Below, in pieces: positions 25,082 through 37,996 of a stretch of DNA of 64,000 nucleotides; position 1 is the first letter of the stretch; each line of letters starts with the position of its first letter. The notes under the pieces were generated by a model. It was not told the origin of the DNA and did no database searches. It was given only the letters and a program-made list of their open reading frames with translations. Location of the stretch: contig JARFYF010000057.1 of the NCBI GenBank assembly GCA_030265395.1, positions 15,316,835 through 15,380,834 on the forward strand. Direction: 5' to 3'. Both the position numbers and the translations under genes were made by a program. Origin of the DNA: Rhina ancylostomus (taxonomy: Eukaryota).

Positions 25082-25814
25082 CTGGGCAGGGAAGGAGTGA
25101 AACTCAGCGTTCACAAGAACAAAAGCAGCAACACTGTTTCAGACAAGAGCCAACACAGCATAGAAACAACCAAAGCAGATCTGCCTCTGACCAATTCACT
25201 GCACAAACCCTCCTCGACTCCACCTTCCTTCTCCCATCCCTCCCTGTGGTCCTGGTCCTGGCTACATTTGTTCAAAACTCAATCTTTGCATGAGCTTGCC
25301 TTTCTTCATCTCCGCTCCAAACTATACCTCCAATCTCTCATAAACTTCTCAGCACCGTCTGTCCCCAAACTCAGCAAGACCTTATCACCCTGTGAGCCAA
25401 AGTGCAAGCAGTAATTTCTGTCACGCTCAACTATGCTAAAACCCTAAAACAAAATATAAAGCCCCATTCATTGTGTTGCTGACCATAAGCAGCATTGTGG
25501 CTGGGTCCACCCTGGGTAACTATCCCACCACCCCACCTAAACACCATCCAGAGGGAGCAGACTAGCCCAAAAGATCTCATATTTCCACCCCCACTTCTCC
25601 CATTTGTAGTGTCCTCCAGATCCATCCCCCTTTCTGAAAATCTTCAGCCTTGCAGGATACAATCAGGACCCAAGTGTCATCCCAAAGGAATCAGTGGAAA
25701 GCAATCCAGGGAAGAATTGCACTTCAAGGAATGTTGCAGCCTAGGAAAGTTACATCTTCCCAGAAATGGCAGGGCTAGGACCCAGGATGGCTCTTGTATC
25801 GTTCTCAGACGTAC

Positions 25815-25918
25815 TTGGGTGATTCGAGGGGCTGGTTAGGATCCAACTCTTGGGATGTCTTCTTCTGCACTGCTGACTTTGTTGGGGTTCTTTCACCATC
25901 CCGTAATCCATTCAGAGT
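25815..25918 (-). CDS. MYO9B: MYO9B tail exon (not in ORF track)
   Basis: catccatttag| TLNGLRDGERTPTKSAVQKKTSQ...ESP AA|gtacgt; resembles DGERSAKKPAVQKK of MYO9B. Confidence 0.85.
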
Positions 25919-26361
25919 CTAAATGGATGGATGAAGAGAGGAGGAGAGTGTAAAGGGGACGGGATCAGGAGAAGAGAGGAAATGACACATTATTGCTTAT
26001 GTTTAAAGGAAAAACAGTATTTGATGTTAATTGTAGTTTAATAACAATACTTTGTAACCTGCTTGGCTGAGGGTGGAAGAGATTGAGGTAAGGGGTGGTG
26101 GGGAGGGGAAGGGATCACATGGTTCTCTACAGACCAGATATCACAGAACCCGACAATGAGCCTCAGTGCCCAATATGGCACTGGGATCCAATGAACCACT
26201 TGCTTCAGCATCCCACCCTCAGGGGGTCAGCAGCAAGCACCATCCATCATTTACCCCTCGGGTCTTCCCAGTCCTTTCCTCCTGCTCTCCATAAACACAG
26301 TCTTTAAAAGGTTTTAAACCAAATGTGCTTTGAGGTTGCAAATTATTTTACTCCTGCTCAC

Positions 26362-26530
26362 CAGGTACCTCTCTGGCACAATTCCTGGATGACACCGACA
26401 GGGAATAGGGTGGAGGCTGACTCGCATCCCATCTGGGATTGGGAACCCAGACTGTGTATAGAGAGGATTCAGAGGGCAGCAAGGTGCCCTTGGGACCCCA
26501 GCACTAAAGCTTTCCTCCCATGGCTGAGTT
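26362..26530 (-). CDS. MYO9B: Candidate MYO9B linker exon (unconfirmed)
   Basis: atttcctccag| TQPWEESF...CCPLNP...PCRCHPGIVPERYL |gtgagc; open frame and the required phases 2/0, but no recognisable homology; the true exon could be in the gap 26774-27101. Confidence 0.35.
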
Positions 26531-27436
26531 CTGGAGGAAATCACTGAAACTACCGTGGGAGCAAGAACCTGAGTGGATTTCACCTATTTATCTTATCCCA
26601 GGGTATCTGAAGCATGGGGAAGGTGCAGCTCCCTGGTAGAGACCAACTACTCAGTCTCTGCATGAGCTGCTTTGATCTTCTCAGTCCCAGTATCTCCCAT
26701 CTCTCCATGAATCTTCATCATGATTTTGAACAGATTAGAATAGACTTGCTGCGTGAGTTGGTAACATACTGGGNNNNNNNNNNNNNNNNNNNNNNNNNNN
26801 NNNNNNNNNNNNNNNNNNNNNNNNNNNNNNNNNNNNNNNNNNNNNNNNNNNNNNNNNNNNNNNNNNNNNNNNNNNNNNNNNNNNNNNNNNNNNNNNNNNN
26901 NNNNNNNNNNNNNNNNNNNNNNNNNNNNNNNNNNNNNNNNNNNNNNNNNNNNNNNNNNNNNNNNNNNNNNNNNNNNNNNNNNNNNNNNNNNNNNNNNNNN
27001 NNNNNNNNNNNNNNNNNNNNNNNNNNNNNNNNNNNNNNNNNNNNNNNNNNNNNNNNNNNNNNNNNNNNNNNNNNNNNNNNNNNNNNNNNNNNNNNNNNNN
27101 NAAAGAGAAGGGGGGTAGGTAAGGGGGAGAGGGGACAGGGGGGTGAACAGAAGAGAAAAATTGATCAATTATTCTGGACATCAGCCTCCATCCCCCCACC
27201 ACAACACTGGACTATCAGCCCAGTTCTCACGAGGTTGTAAAGCAGGCAGGAGCCTCCTATTCACTGCTTCACCAGAGCACACCATGGCTCTGGTTCATAG
27301 GGGCCACATCAGGATATCGATCATCCCGCCACTCCCATTAACAGCAGGGAATGTCACATTCACGATTCCCAACTTTTCCCCAGCCCAACCCTGGGACTGT
27401 ACCCCTGACCCCGGAAAGTACAACCCCAACTCGTAC

Positions 27437-28330
27437 TTTGTGCTTTTTAGTGGAGACTGGTTTTCCTTCTTCTCTACCGTTGGACCGGTCAACTCATAGT
27501 TACGCTTGTCTTTCCATTTCTCTGCCTTATTCCTCAGCTTCCTGTAGTCGTGGTAACGGTGAATGGCCCCTGACAGGGATCCAGGACTATCCGGAACTTT
27601 CTTAGTTGCTTGCCTGCTCTGTTCCTCATTGCCATTGGCCTGGGCAGCTTCTGCTGAAGCATTGTTGGGCAGTACAGTCTCAAGTTGCAGAGACTTTGGT
27701 CGCTGCAGTGCAGCTGGTGGCTGCTTGCTATCACCCTGCTCACCAGCTCCTTTCCCCACTTCACCATCATTGGCCAAGCCCGTGTCCAGCTGCTTGTTGG
27801 AGTCTCCACTGTCCGACTGATCTAACAGAGCATCAGCTGGCACTGCAGGTATTGGTCGCTCCTCTGCCAAAAGCTGGAGACTGTCCTGCCGTCCCTTGCC
27901 CAACACACTGGCACTCTGCACCATCCTTTCTATAATCTCCCGGGTCTCAACCATCTGCTCGAACGTAGGAGGGGCGGTGGGATTGTCCTGAGGGTTGGGC
28001 GACGCCAGCTGGCGCTGGAGCTTATCGTGTTCCAAGCCTCGCATCCGCCGACTCTCGCGTTTCTCTCGGGAGTTTGACCTCTCCCCGCCCTCTGGTTGTG
28101 CTTTCTGTGGTGGGACAGTAACGTTCTCCTGAGGTTTCGGCGACTCTTCTGGGCCAACAGTATCCGTGGAGGTCAGTGGTTCTGGACAGATCTCAACCTG
28201 TGATGGCCCCTTAGTGTCTTGGTTAGCTGTGGACTGTGACTGGTTGGAAGCTTGCTCCCTCTCTTCAGTCTGTATTGCACACTTCCCATGCTCTTGCGCA
28301 CTCTGTTGTACCTGCCGTAGTAGACGGACC
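27437..28330 (-). CDS. MYO9B: MYO9B large tail exon (894 nt)
   Basis: cctttgtag| VRLLRQVQQ...SREKRESRRMRGLEHDKLQ...DSPGS...AEKWKDK... AA|gtacga; SREKRESRR.RGLEH is diagnostic; donor position less certain. Confidence 0.88.
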
Positions 28331-28629
28331 CTACAAAGGAACAAAACATTTTAATAGGGCATTCAGAGAGTGGAGCGAGTTAAAATAATTTTAAAAAATA
28401 TTTGCTCCTGTTCTTATGTTTTAATTTGTTCGTAGGAGGTGGACATTATTGGCAAAGTGGGCATTTACTGTCCATCCCCGTGGAGGCAGTTTGGAGCCAA
28501 TCACAGTGGTGGATCTGGGGACCAGATAGGAATGGCAGGTTTTCTTCCCTTGAGTACCTTAGCTGACCAGATGTAGTTTTACAACAATCTGGTTGTTCTA
28601 CAGTCATCAGTACTGAGAGAGAGAACAGA

Positions 28630-28915
28630 GGCACAGCCTCACAGATCCAGCAACCTGGGCTCAACCTTGACCTCTGCTACTGACTGCGCAAAGTTTGCAC
28701 AATCTCCCCGTGACTGTGTGGATTTCCTCCACCATCGCAGAGACGTGCTGGTTGGTTGGTTCATTGACTGCTGTAAATTGCCCTTTGGCTAAGTGGCTAC
28801 TGAGAGAATCAGGGTGAATTTGAAGGGCATGTGTGTGGTGGGGGGCGGGAATAGGTTAAAGGAAAATGGGATTGATAGGCTCGCTCTGAGAGATGGCATA
28901 GTCTCGATGGGCCAA
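28630..28915 (+). mobile_element. Degenerate HE1/V-type SINE
   Basis: tRNA-like head remnant, gtttgcacaatctccccgtgactgtgtggatttcctcc core, tail gatgggccaaagg. Confidence 0.7.
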
Positions 28916-29069
28916 AGGAAATACAAGAAATTATTTTTTCACGGCAGATTTATTTAATTACTTGAAGTTGCCACTGTAGGATTTTAAGTTTAGTTCAGTG
29001 TTCTGCCCACTGAGTACTAGTTTAGTAAGGTCCAGTAACTAACCTCGTGTTCTACAAAGTGCCCTTCAT

Positions 29070-29497
29070 CACTTTGCCTTAATATTTAACAGCGTTACCA
29101 TCAACAGATTAAATATTATGCTGGGAACACGGGTAATCTCCCTGCTTTTCTTTACAATGGTGGGGTGGGATCTTTCATGTTCAATTGAGAAGGTAGGCAA
29201 GACCTCACTTTATGATCTCCTCTGGAATCTGGTATCTTTAACGGTGCAACAGTCTCAGTACTACCCCAGAGCATCAGCCTGAGCTGCTCCATCAACTTGT
29301 AGCTCATCAGTGGTGGAAAGGCTTTGGGCTGTTGGAGGAGAGTCACTTGCCATTGAAAACTCAGCCTCTTACCTGCTCTTGTAACCACTTTATTTACATG
29401 GCTAGTCCAGTTAAATCTCAGGTCAAGGATTACAGCCAGAACGTTGAAGGCGCGGGATCTGTTGATTGGTAATGCTGTTAAATATTAAGGCAAAGTG
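29070..29497. repeat. 40/41-bp inverted repeat (arms 29070-29109 and 29457-29497)
   Basis: cactttgccttaatatttaacagcgttacca-tcaacagat versus reverse complement cactttgccttaatatttaacagcattaccaatcaacagat. Confidence 0.92.
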
Positions 29498-29890
29498 GTT
29501 AGGCTGCCTCTTGTTGGAGATGTTCATTGCCTGCCACTTGTGTAATGTGACTGCTACTTCCCATTTATCAGCCTTCTATCCCAGTCCTGCTGATCGAGGA
29601 ACAAAAGCTTTCATTATCTAGTTCAGCAATGACATTCCTTCCATGTTGCGGTCAGAACTGGAGACACTCACTGATGATTGCACAGTGTACAATTACACTT
29701 GTAAATCTTTAGATACTGAAACATTCTGAACCTCATCACATTCCACTGAGGCTCAGTATCAGTTTACGTTACTGCTCCTGTAATGCGCCACAGGACATCT
29801 GGTTAAAGGCCTTGGGTGAATGCATGCATTGCTCTTCTTGAACTTGGAACAACTTAATGTGTCAGTCACTTTTATTGAGGAGAGAATTAC

Positions 29891-30057
29891 CTTTTGCGTG
29901 CCAGATAGCCGCGACACACAGCCTGGCACAATGTGATTGCACGGACTTGCTTCAGATATGCACATCTTTGCAGGTAACTTCGCCACGCCAGCTGGATCAC
30001 ACTTGCCGCACTCAGCCGCCGCAGGGCCAAGTGAGCCAGGTAAGATCGCCAGTGGGC
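29891..30057 (-). CDS. MYO9B: MYO9B IQ-motif exon
   Basis: ctctctgcag| AHWRSYL...IQLAWRSYLQR...CQAVCRGYLARK AG|gtaatt. Confidence 0.93.
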
Positions 30058-30110
30058 CTGCAGAGAGATCACAGTGACCACACACTGAATACTAGCCAGT
30101 GACACACACA

Positions 30111-30415
30111 CCCATCCTGAACAGTGAGTGAACTTCCCATCCTGAACAGTGAGCAGAACCCCTCATCCTGAACAGACAGCAAGCAGAATCCGCCCCCCCC
30201 CACTCGGAATAGACAGTGAGTGGACCCCCCACTCTGAATAGACAGTGACTGGACCCCCCCCATCTTGAACAGACAGCAAGTGAAGCTCACCTTGAATAAA
30301 CAATGACTGACCCCAATTCCTCAATAATTAAACAGAAACCCTTATCCAGAATAACAAGCGAGTGATCCTTATCCTAAACAAACAGCAAGTGAGCTCACCC
30401 TGAATAAACAGTGTC
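30111..30415. repeat. Degenerate minisatellite, unit about 25-30 bp
   Basis: Repeated cccatcctgaacag(acag)tgagtg(g)ac units. Confidence 0.8.
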
Positions 30416-30944
30416 TCTGTGCGGTTACACAGTGAGTGACCCTGTGATGTTTCACATACTGATTTATTTTTAGATGTGGTGACTGTTATCATGCAGACAA
30501 ACATCGGCTGCTACAGGAAGATCGTCAACTCAGTAAAAGGCACACTGTGGGCTGTCAAAATCTCATCGGCTTTCCAACACAAGGAGATGACCATAGACAA
30601 ATGCTGCTGACTGGCATGCTTCGAGGCGCAGAAGTGGACTTAGCTCAGTGCAGGTACTGCAAAGGTCCTCAGTGGACATTGAGGAGCTGAACCTTGTGCA
30701 ATAACCTCTCAAAATTACTGCTGATGGAATGTTTGGGACTGAAAAATTGCTGAACTGTTGAGACATTTTAACCAAACATAACAATACATTTGGTACAGTG
30801 AACGAAGACAATGTAATTTCTGCATTGAAAAATTAAATATTTTATGAATAAAGTATGTATTTTGGGGAAAATAAGGCTGAACATACAGGCTCCACCTTGT
30901 GCTGTGAACCGCGAACCGTTGGCTGGGCTGGTACCTCCACTCAC

Positions 30945-31094
30945 CTGGATGACGATTGCTGCCTTCCTCATCCTCAAAAACTGCCTCCTTTCCAGGACAG
31001 CCCGAAAATAGTTCTGCAGGAGCAGGATCTTCCGCATCACTTCCCGGTGCAAGATGTCCTGAAGCTTCTGACGTTCAGACTCCTTCATGAAAAC
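30945..31094 (-). CDS. MYO9B: MYO9B converter end / first IQ exon
   Basis: attcccag| VFMKESERQKLQDILHREVMRKILLLQNYFRAVLERRQFLRMRKAAIVIQ |gtgagt. Confidence 0.94.
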
Positions 31095-32199
31095 CTGGGA
31101 ATGATAGGCCGGGGTTGGGGGGATGGGAGAAGGATGAACTACACAGACCATCAACACAGCACCAGTGTCAAGGTGCAAGGTCAGGCTGGGCCCCAGTGGA
31201 TTTCCACAGAACAATCGACTGATGCCGGTACTTTTTTCTGGCTACCCCTTCCCGAATGGACCCTGGTCTTAGCTGGAATGCAACACCTTCCAGTGTCATT
31301 AGTTGTCTGTATCTTTCCTTGGCATACAATGAATACCAGAGGTATTAAACCAAGGATTATGAGTGTGTTATTCAACGCAAGGTCCGTGAGGTAATGATGA
31401 CTCCCACTGATCCCAAGTACAGCTCCCCTGGGAGCCAGAGGGAGGCCAGGAACATGAGCAGATGGAGGATTGGGAGTCCAGGTCTGGAGTATGGCCCAGT
31501 ATGTGGGCAGGGAGGGGTGAGGGTGTTCTAACTGCAGGGATTGGGGGTGTGGTGGAGGAGGAAACATGGTAAATGGGTTCAGGGACAGGAAGGGCTGTGG
31601 GTGCAATAGTGATCAAGAGGGTGGTGGCTGATGGAGGTGAGGAGAAATCAGGCACTTTATCGGGAGAGTGTCCATGCTGGTGTTCCAATGCGTGCCCCTT
31701 GCATTGAAAGCTTTTTGCCAACTTGGCCCCCAACAGTGTAGATCACTGGGTTATGGTGCCCTCATCCAATTCTGCCTTTGCCTGAATTGCATCTCCAGCT
31801 AGGCAACAGCATAAATATTCTGGCTCCCAGAGCAGGTCACAGGCCTCGGAACTACGACCATCACCTGTAGTTTCCTCCACATCACACGCCATCCTGACCT
31901 GGAAGTGCTTCACCATCCTTCATTGCCATGGGTCTAAATCTTGAAACTCTCTGCTCAACAGCACTGGGAGCACCTTCACCAGAAGGACTGCAATGGCTCG
32001 TCACCACCATCTCAAGGGCAGTTAGGGTTGGGCAATAATTGCTGGTGACACTCACATCCTATCTAATAAATCTAAAAAACCTGCAGGTTTTGGCAAATAT
32101 AGAGCTAGAGGAGGAGATATAGTTGATAGTCTCCCTCCGCTGCCAGAACTCAGTGCAATTGAAGGGGCCCCAAACCAATCCAGGTGATATCTGAACTTT

Positions 32200-33990
32200 G
32201 TATAGACTGTGGAATATTACACAGGATTACATAAAATACGTTGCACAGACACAAGTTGTTCAGCCAACCTGTTCATGCTGGTGTTTATTCAAATATAATT
32301 TTTCATTAAACCTATTAGTGTAACTCTCTGTTTCCTTCTCCCACATATGCTTGTTCAACCTCCCCTTAAGTGCATCTGAATTACATGCTTTAACCACTCC
32401 CTGTGGGGCCCAGGGAGTGGTTAACATTCTCAACATTCTCTGGGTGATGAAGTTTCTTCTGAATTCCCTGCTGGATTTCTTGTATCAATGGCCTCCAGCT
32501 ACACTCTTCCCCAAAATGGAAACCTTCTCTCCTGCACAATCTTCATGATTTTAAAGGCCTCAATTAGGTCACTCTTCAGCTTTCTTTACCCAAGAGATCC
32601 AGTCTGTTCATCCCTTCCTGATATCTATATCCTCGGATTTCTGGTATCATCCACATCTGTCCAGTGCCTTTTATCCTTTTCAAAATATAGTGACAGTACT
32701 CTCCACGTGGTTTAACTTGAGTTAAATATGATTTCAGCATAACTTCCCTTCTTTTTGATCATGCTCCTCTTAAAAAACTTAGGTTTATTTCTGAAGTGTT
32801 CCTCTTTGGTGAAACCATTGGTTCAACTTTTAGAGATTGGTGTATTTATACTTCATTCCACTATCCCACCTAGACTCACACTCCCCAAGCAATACATTAC
32901 CTTCCTACCAAAACATGCCATTTCCCTTTTATCAGCATGAACTTCATTTGAAAGATATTTGATCATTCTTGGTTTATTAATATCATTTGTTGCTGTCCTT
33001 CTCGGTACTGATTATATAATCAGCCACAAATTCAGAAATTATTTTTTTTGATTCCAGAGTCCAAAGTGTGAAGCTAACTTGTGAACAGCAGTAGTCCCAG
33101 CACTAATCTTTGTAGAACACAATTATCCAGCTTCCTCTACAGCAAACAGTTTTGCTTCTTCTCCTGAAGCCTACGAGCAATCCTTTCTTCTCCATGTCCC
33201 CTGACACTGCATCCTCTGATCTTATTCATTAAGCCATTATGTCAGATCTTACCGAAGACCTTTTGAAAAATCTAGATAAATTACATCTACTGTACTGCCA
33301 TTGTTTATTTTCTCTGATACCTTCTGAAAAGTTCTGTAAAGTTGGGTAAGCAAGATTTTTCCTTTTACAATCCATGCTGACTATTCAGTAAGGATGCCAT
33401 TATTTTTTGAGCACTAATGTTAAGCTGACTGGTCTATAACTCCCAGGTATTATCTACCTCCCTTTTTAAACATTGGTATATTAATTATCTTCTGGCATTA
33501 GCCTTTCTCCTAAAGAATTATTAAACATGTGTAATAATGTCTCTGCTATCTCTTTCTTCCCTGGATAGTTTTATAATGTGAAGATGCAATCTATCTGGAC
33601 CAGGATCTTATCCTCCAAGTTTGATAAGTGTATTTAATATATACTTTATTTTTTAAAAATGCATTCATTTCATTAATTATGTCATCATCCAAGGTAATGT
33701 CCACCTGTTCCATCTCCCTGGCAAATACTGAGGCAAAATATGATTTAATAATCCTACCACTTTGTGATTGATTTTGACCTGTTTATCCCTTAATAGCCCT
33801 ATTCCCATCTCAACCTTCCTTTTTATTATGTCTGTAAAATATTTTACTATTTCATATTCCCTTACAATTTAATTTCATCTTTCTTCTTCGCCTCCATCTC
33901 CTCTAGGGAGTCTTCTCAAAAACTCCTTCACATTCTCTCTTATCATGCACTCCTCTGCTATATATTAATTTGTGTCTCTTTCTTATCCTC
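32200..33990 (-). mobile_element. Old CR1-like LINE
   Basis: 3' tail near 32210 and RT-region remnants (aatccatgctgacta, taagctgactggtctataactccc); no ORF left. Confidence 0.7.
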
Positions 33991-34475
33991 ATTTTCCTTT
34001 TTATGCTCATTCGTGGAGTCTCAAGGGTGGGATCAGGGATCATCTTGTTCTGTCTGCTTCAATATTACATCACTTTGCTGAAATATTCAGAGTTTCTCCC
34101 CCACAGGATTCCTGTAATTCCTTTCTGGATCTGGATGGAGCCCACTTAAAAGCAAGCACAGTCTGTGCACTCTCATTCAGGGTTTTGGCCCAAAATGTCG
34201 ACTGATTATTTCCCTCCATAGATGCTGCCTGACCCTCTGAGTTCCTCCAGCACTTTTTGTGTATTGCTTCAGATTGACTGCGGTGGTGAGAAATACAAAA
34301 TGCTTCACCAGCCCCTTCCACCACTGGATGGAGCAGTTTTGCAGAGCAAGGCCCTCTAGTGGCCCTAACCACCAGTGCCAGTTACCCAACACAAGGATCT
34401 GGGCAGGTCTGGGCTTTGCCACATCATGACTCTCTGCTGTCCTTGGACATTCTGCCAAGTCTTTGCTGATCTTAC

Positions 34476-34598
34476 CTTGGTTTTCCCAATTTGACAGTTA
34501 TTCCTGTCCAACTCCAGCCTGTTGAACAAGGCAGCAATAGCTTCCTGCAGTGGCTCTGCATTCCTGGGGAGCAGCACCTGGAACTGGTCCTTGAATTC
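34476..34598 (-). CDS. MYO9B: MYO9B motor (converter) exon
   Basis: gttgcag| [11 protein letters not shown]...CQIGKTK |gtaaga. Confidence 0.94.
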
Positions 34599-34709
34599 CT
34601 GCAACCATAAACATCCTGAGGTGAGGCTCTGTGGCCGACATCACAGAGGGCAAGATTGTCACAGGGCCTTGATAGTGCAGACTCTCACTGGGGAATGACC
34701 TCCACAAAG

Positions 34710-35775
34710 CACGTGAAATTGGGAGGAATGTCTCAGTATGGATTGAGTATTGGTGATCAGATAAAAAACAAAAAGTAGGAATAATCGGGTCCTACTTGGG
34801 TTGGCAGGCTGTGACTAGTGGGGCACAGCAGGGAGCTAGTCCTCAGGCCCCAGCTATTCACAATCTACATCAAAGATATGGCTGAGAGGATCAAATGTAA
34901 CATTTCCAAGCTTGCTGATGATAAGAAACTAAATGAGGACATATGTAGTAATGGGAGTGCAAGGAGGCTTCAAAAGGTGGGAGAGAAGTTGAGCGAGTGA
35001 GTAACGAGATGACAGATGGATACAATGTGACATTATCCACTTCAGTACAAAAACCAAAGAAATGCCAGATATTGTTTAAAATGGTGATAGACTGGGAAAT
35101 GTTCATGTTCAAAGGGACTTTTGTGTCCTTGTACAGAAATCCCTGAAAGCTAATATGCAGGTGTAGCAAGCAGTTAGGAAAGTACATGGTATTTTGATCT
35201 TCATTACAAGAGGATACGAGTCCAAGAATAAAGATGTCTCACTACAAGGTCTTAAAGTTGTCTGCAATTTTGGAAACCTTGCTATAGAGGGAGTGCAGTG
35301 AAGATTTATCAGATTAGCTGCAGCAAAACAACAAGTTTCACTTCATCTAAGCCAGTAATAATAATTCTGATTCTGAGGGCAGATCTGTCACATGAGGGGA
35401 GATTAAAGGGAGGACTATCCTACTCAAGAGTTCCCTCATTGTAATGTGCAAAATCCTTAGAGGACTTGACAAGATAGATGCAGGGAAGATGCATTATCTT
35501 CAGCTGAGCAGCTAGAACAAGGGATTCCGGTCTCAGAATACGAGGTAGACAACTTAAAACTGAAACGAGAAGTTTCTCCACTCAGAGGGTAGCAAATCTC
35601 CAGAATGCCCTGTCCCACAGGGCTGTGGAAGGTCAGTCAAAGACTGCATTCAAGACCAAGATTGATAGATTTCTGGATACTAGAGGATTCAAGGGATATG
35701 GGATGAGGTAGAAGAAGCCATGATCCTACTGAAGGGCAGAGCAGGCTCAAGGAGCTGAATGGCCTATTCCCCATA
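34710..35775 (+). mobile_element. CR1-like LINE 3' portion
   Basis: ELVLRPQLFTIYIKDMAERIKCNISKLADDKKL is the degenerate RT motif region (F/YADDTKL); ends with gctgaatggcctattcc tail. Confidence 0.85.
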
Positions 35776-36242
35776 ACAGAGGGGGGAAAATCATGGGCCA
35801 CAAGATTGAACGTAGCTGGTGTCAGATTAAAGAGGAAATGAGAAAAGGAGGAAAATCCTCTTCACTCAGAGGAGGGGGTGGGTCTGGACCTCACTGTCTG
35901 AAAGGGTGATAGAGACAGAGACCCTCATCACATTTAAACAGTACTCTGTGTGTGTGTTCACATGTAGATCCGCAGGGCTACAGGCGTGGTGCTGGAAGGT
36001 GGGATTAGGCCCTCTGGCTCATGATCAATTAATGCAGACATGATTCACCAAATGGCTTCCTTACTTGTAGTAGATTTTGTGGGACAAGGGTCCCGTGCGC
36101 CCTGCCCCTCACTGGCACACAGGTCCCAGGGTAGAGGTGTTAGAGAAAGAAGCATGAGACAGGCGGAAAATAGATGAACAAATCAGACATCCCGTGTCAC
36201 GATGGTCACTTCGTTCCACAGCCCGTCTCCTGCACTCCGTAC

Positions 36243-36353
36243 CTGGAAGGTATATTTGGCACTGTATCCAGAGCGCCGGATCCGGACTGTCTCCAGCATT
36301 CCCGTGTACTTCAGCTGCTGCAGTACGAGGTCGTCATCGAAACAGAGCTCCAA
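36243..36353 (-). CDS. MYO9B: MYO9B motor exon (SH helix region)
   Basis: tctctgcag| [37 protein letters not shown] |gtacgg. Confidence 0.95.
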
Positions 36354-36617
36354 CTGCAGAGAGACAGGCGGGAAGAGCATAAGCAGACAGGCACCAGGCA
36401 TGAATTCACACAGCCACATCTGTTTTATAGCCAAGTCCAACTGGTGGGAGTTGTGTTTCGATATAGCTCAGAGCCACCAGCGGCCCTTTAATTCCCCAGT
36501 AACAGTTCTCTCACTCATGACAGTATTAGCTTCAACATCATGCTATCTCAAACACCAGCGGCTCCTGTCCTTCCGAACTATGTATACATTGGCAGAGTTT
36601 TCATCTGTATAAAACTG

Positions 36618-36800
36618 GGATACACTACTGATGGGCACAGGGACTGTCACAGTACAAGACTGGAGTACCGTACTGATAGGGACAGGTCTGTCACTGGTAA
36701 CACTTGGTGTAGTACTGGTGGGGACAAGCCTGTCACTATACAAAACCAGGGAACAGTACTGGTAGATCTGTCACTAATACCGGGCACCAGCACTAGTGGT
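36618..36800. repeat. Degenerate minisatellite, unit about 42 bp
   Basis: Repeated gtactg(a/g)t.gggaca.gtctgtcact units, 4-5 copies. Confidence 0.75.
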
Positions 36801-37183
36801 TACAACTACTTTGGGATATAATGTAGACAGTTTAGCTATTACCATGGATTTGGGAATATGCCACTACCATTTTTGATCAATTACAAGTGAACCCTATTAA
36901 CTATTTCACCAGATGTGAAGGCCTTTGGGATGCCGAAAGGTTCTCCAGAAATTGACGTTTTACCCTGAAACGTTACGTGATGCCTTGAAGCCCACAGTCA
37001 GAGCTCTCTGATGTGGAATGCCTCGTCAGGCTGAAAGGCTCGGGCCAAGGAGCTCACAGCCCCTCAGCAACTTCCCTCTGGTCCACAGACACCGCCCAAG
37101 ACTCTGACAAACCTCACAGTAAAAGAAGCAGAAAGGTCTCATTGCTCCCAATCTGTCACGCCACTCCCAACAACTTTCCTCAC

Positions 37184-37264
37184 CTTTTTGGCATTTGAGC
37201 GAATACATCGAATGAAGAAAGGCTCAGCTTTGCCCAGAGCTTCCATCAGTTTATTCAGAGAGGC
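37184..37264 (-). CDS. MYO9B: MYO9B motor exon
   Basis: gtttcag| [27 protein letters not shown] |gtgagg. Confidence 0.95.
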
Positions 37265-37389
37265 CTGAAACATCAAACAGAATCACTATATACAAGCTAG
37301 GAATATGCTTAACCTGTCCACTAATGCTCATTTGTGCTGCGTTAGATATAAAGCTCCCTCTGCATTGTCCCATCACACACTCCCAGGGC

Positions 37390-37715
37390 TGCGGCACAGT
37401 GGCGCAGCTAGTAGAGTCGTTGCTTCTCAGCACCAGAGGTCCGGGTTCAGTCCCGACCCACAGTGCTGTCTACGTAGGGTTTGCATGTTCTCACGTGGGT
37501 TTCCTCCTACGTCCCAAAGACATGTGGGTTGGTAGGTTAATTGGTCACTATAAATTGTCCTGTGTGTGCAGGAGAGCAGTAGAATCTACGGGGAGTTGAT
37601 GTGAAAGTGGGGAGAATGAAAAATGGGATTCCCGTTGGATTAGTGTAATGGATGGTTGATGTGGACGGTGGTACGAAGGGCCCGTTTCCATGCTGTACAT
37701 CTCGATGACTATGGC
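37390..37715 (+). mobile_element. Near full-length HE1/V-type tRNA-derived SINE, inserted into a roughly 70-bp satellite-like repeat
   Basis: A-box-like gtggcgcagctagtag, B-box-like gggttcagtccc, core gggtttgcatgttctc...cccaaagacatg, CR1-type tail gaagggcccgtttccatgctgtacatctcgatgactatg. Confidence 0.85.
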
Positions 37716-37873
37716 TATATAGCAGGGTTAGCTCAGGATATGTAGGATAAAGCTCCATCTACATTGTCCCATCAAACATTTCTAGGACTGGGACAGCTCA
37801 GGTTAGATAGAGAGGAAAGCTCTCTCGACGCTGTCCCATCTATCCGGTTAGATATAGCATGTGTAACACTCAC

Positions 37874-37996
37874 CTGGAACTGTGCACTGATACTGGGCGG
37901 TTTCTTCTTCTTGTGTAGGTGCAGCAGGGATTTGGTGGTGCGATCGTGGAGCGTCATGCCAACGATGTGCTTTAAGGAGCTCGAGTCAATGAGGTT
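37874..37996 (-). CDS. MYO9B: MYO9B loop-2 insertion, C-terminal exon
   Basis: ctttgccag| [41 protein letters not shown] |gtgagt; class IX signature, closer to MYO9B than MYO9A. Confidence 0.95.
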
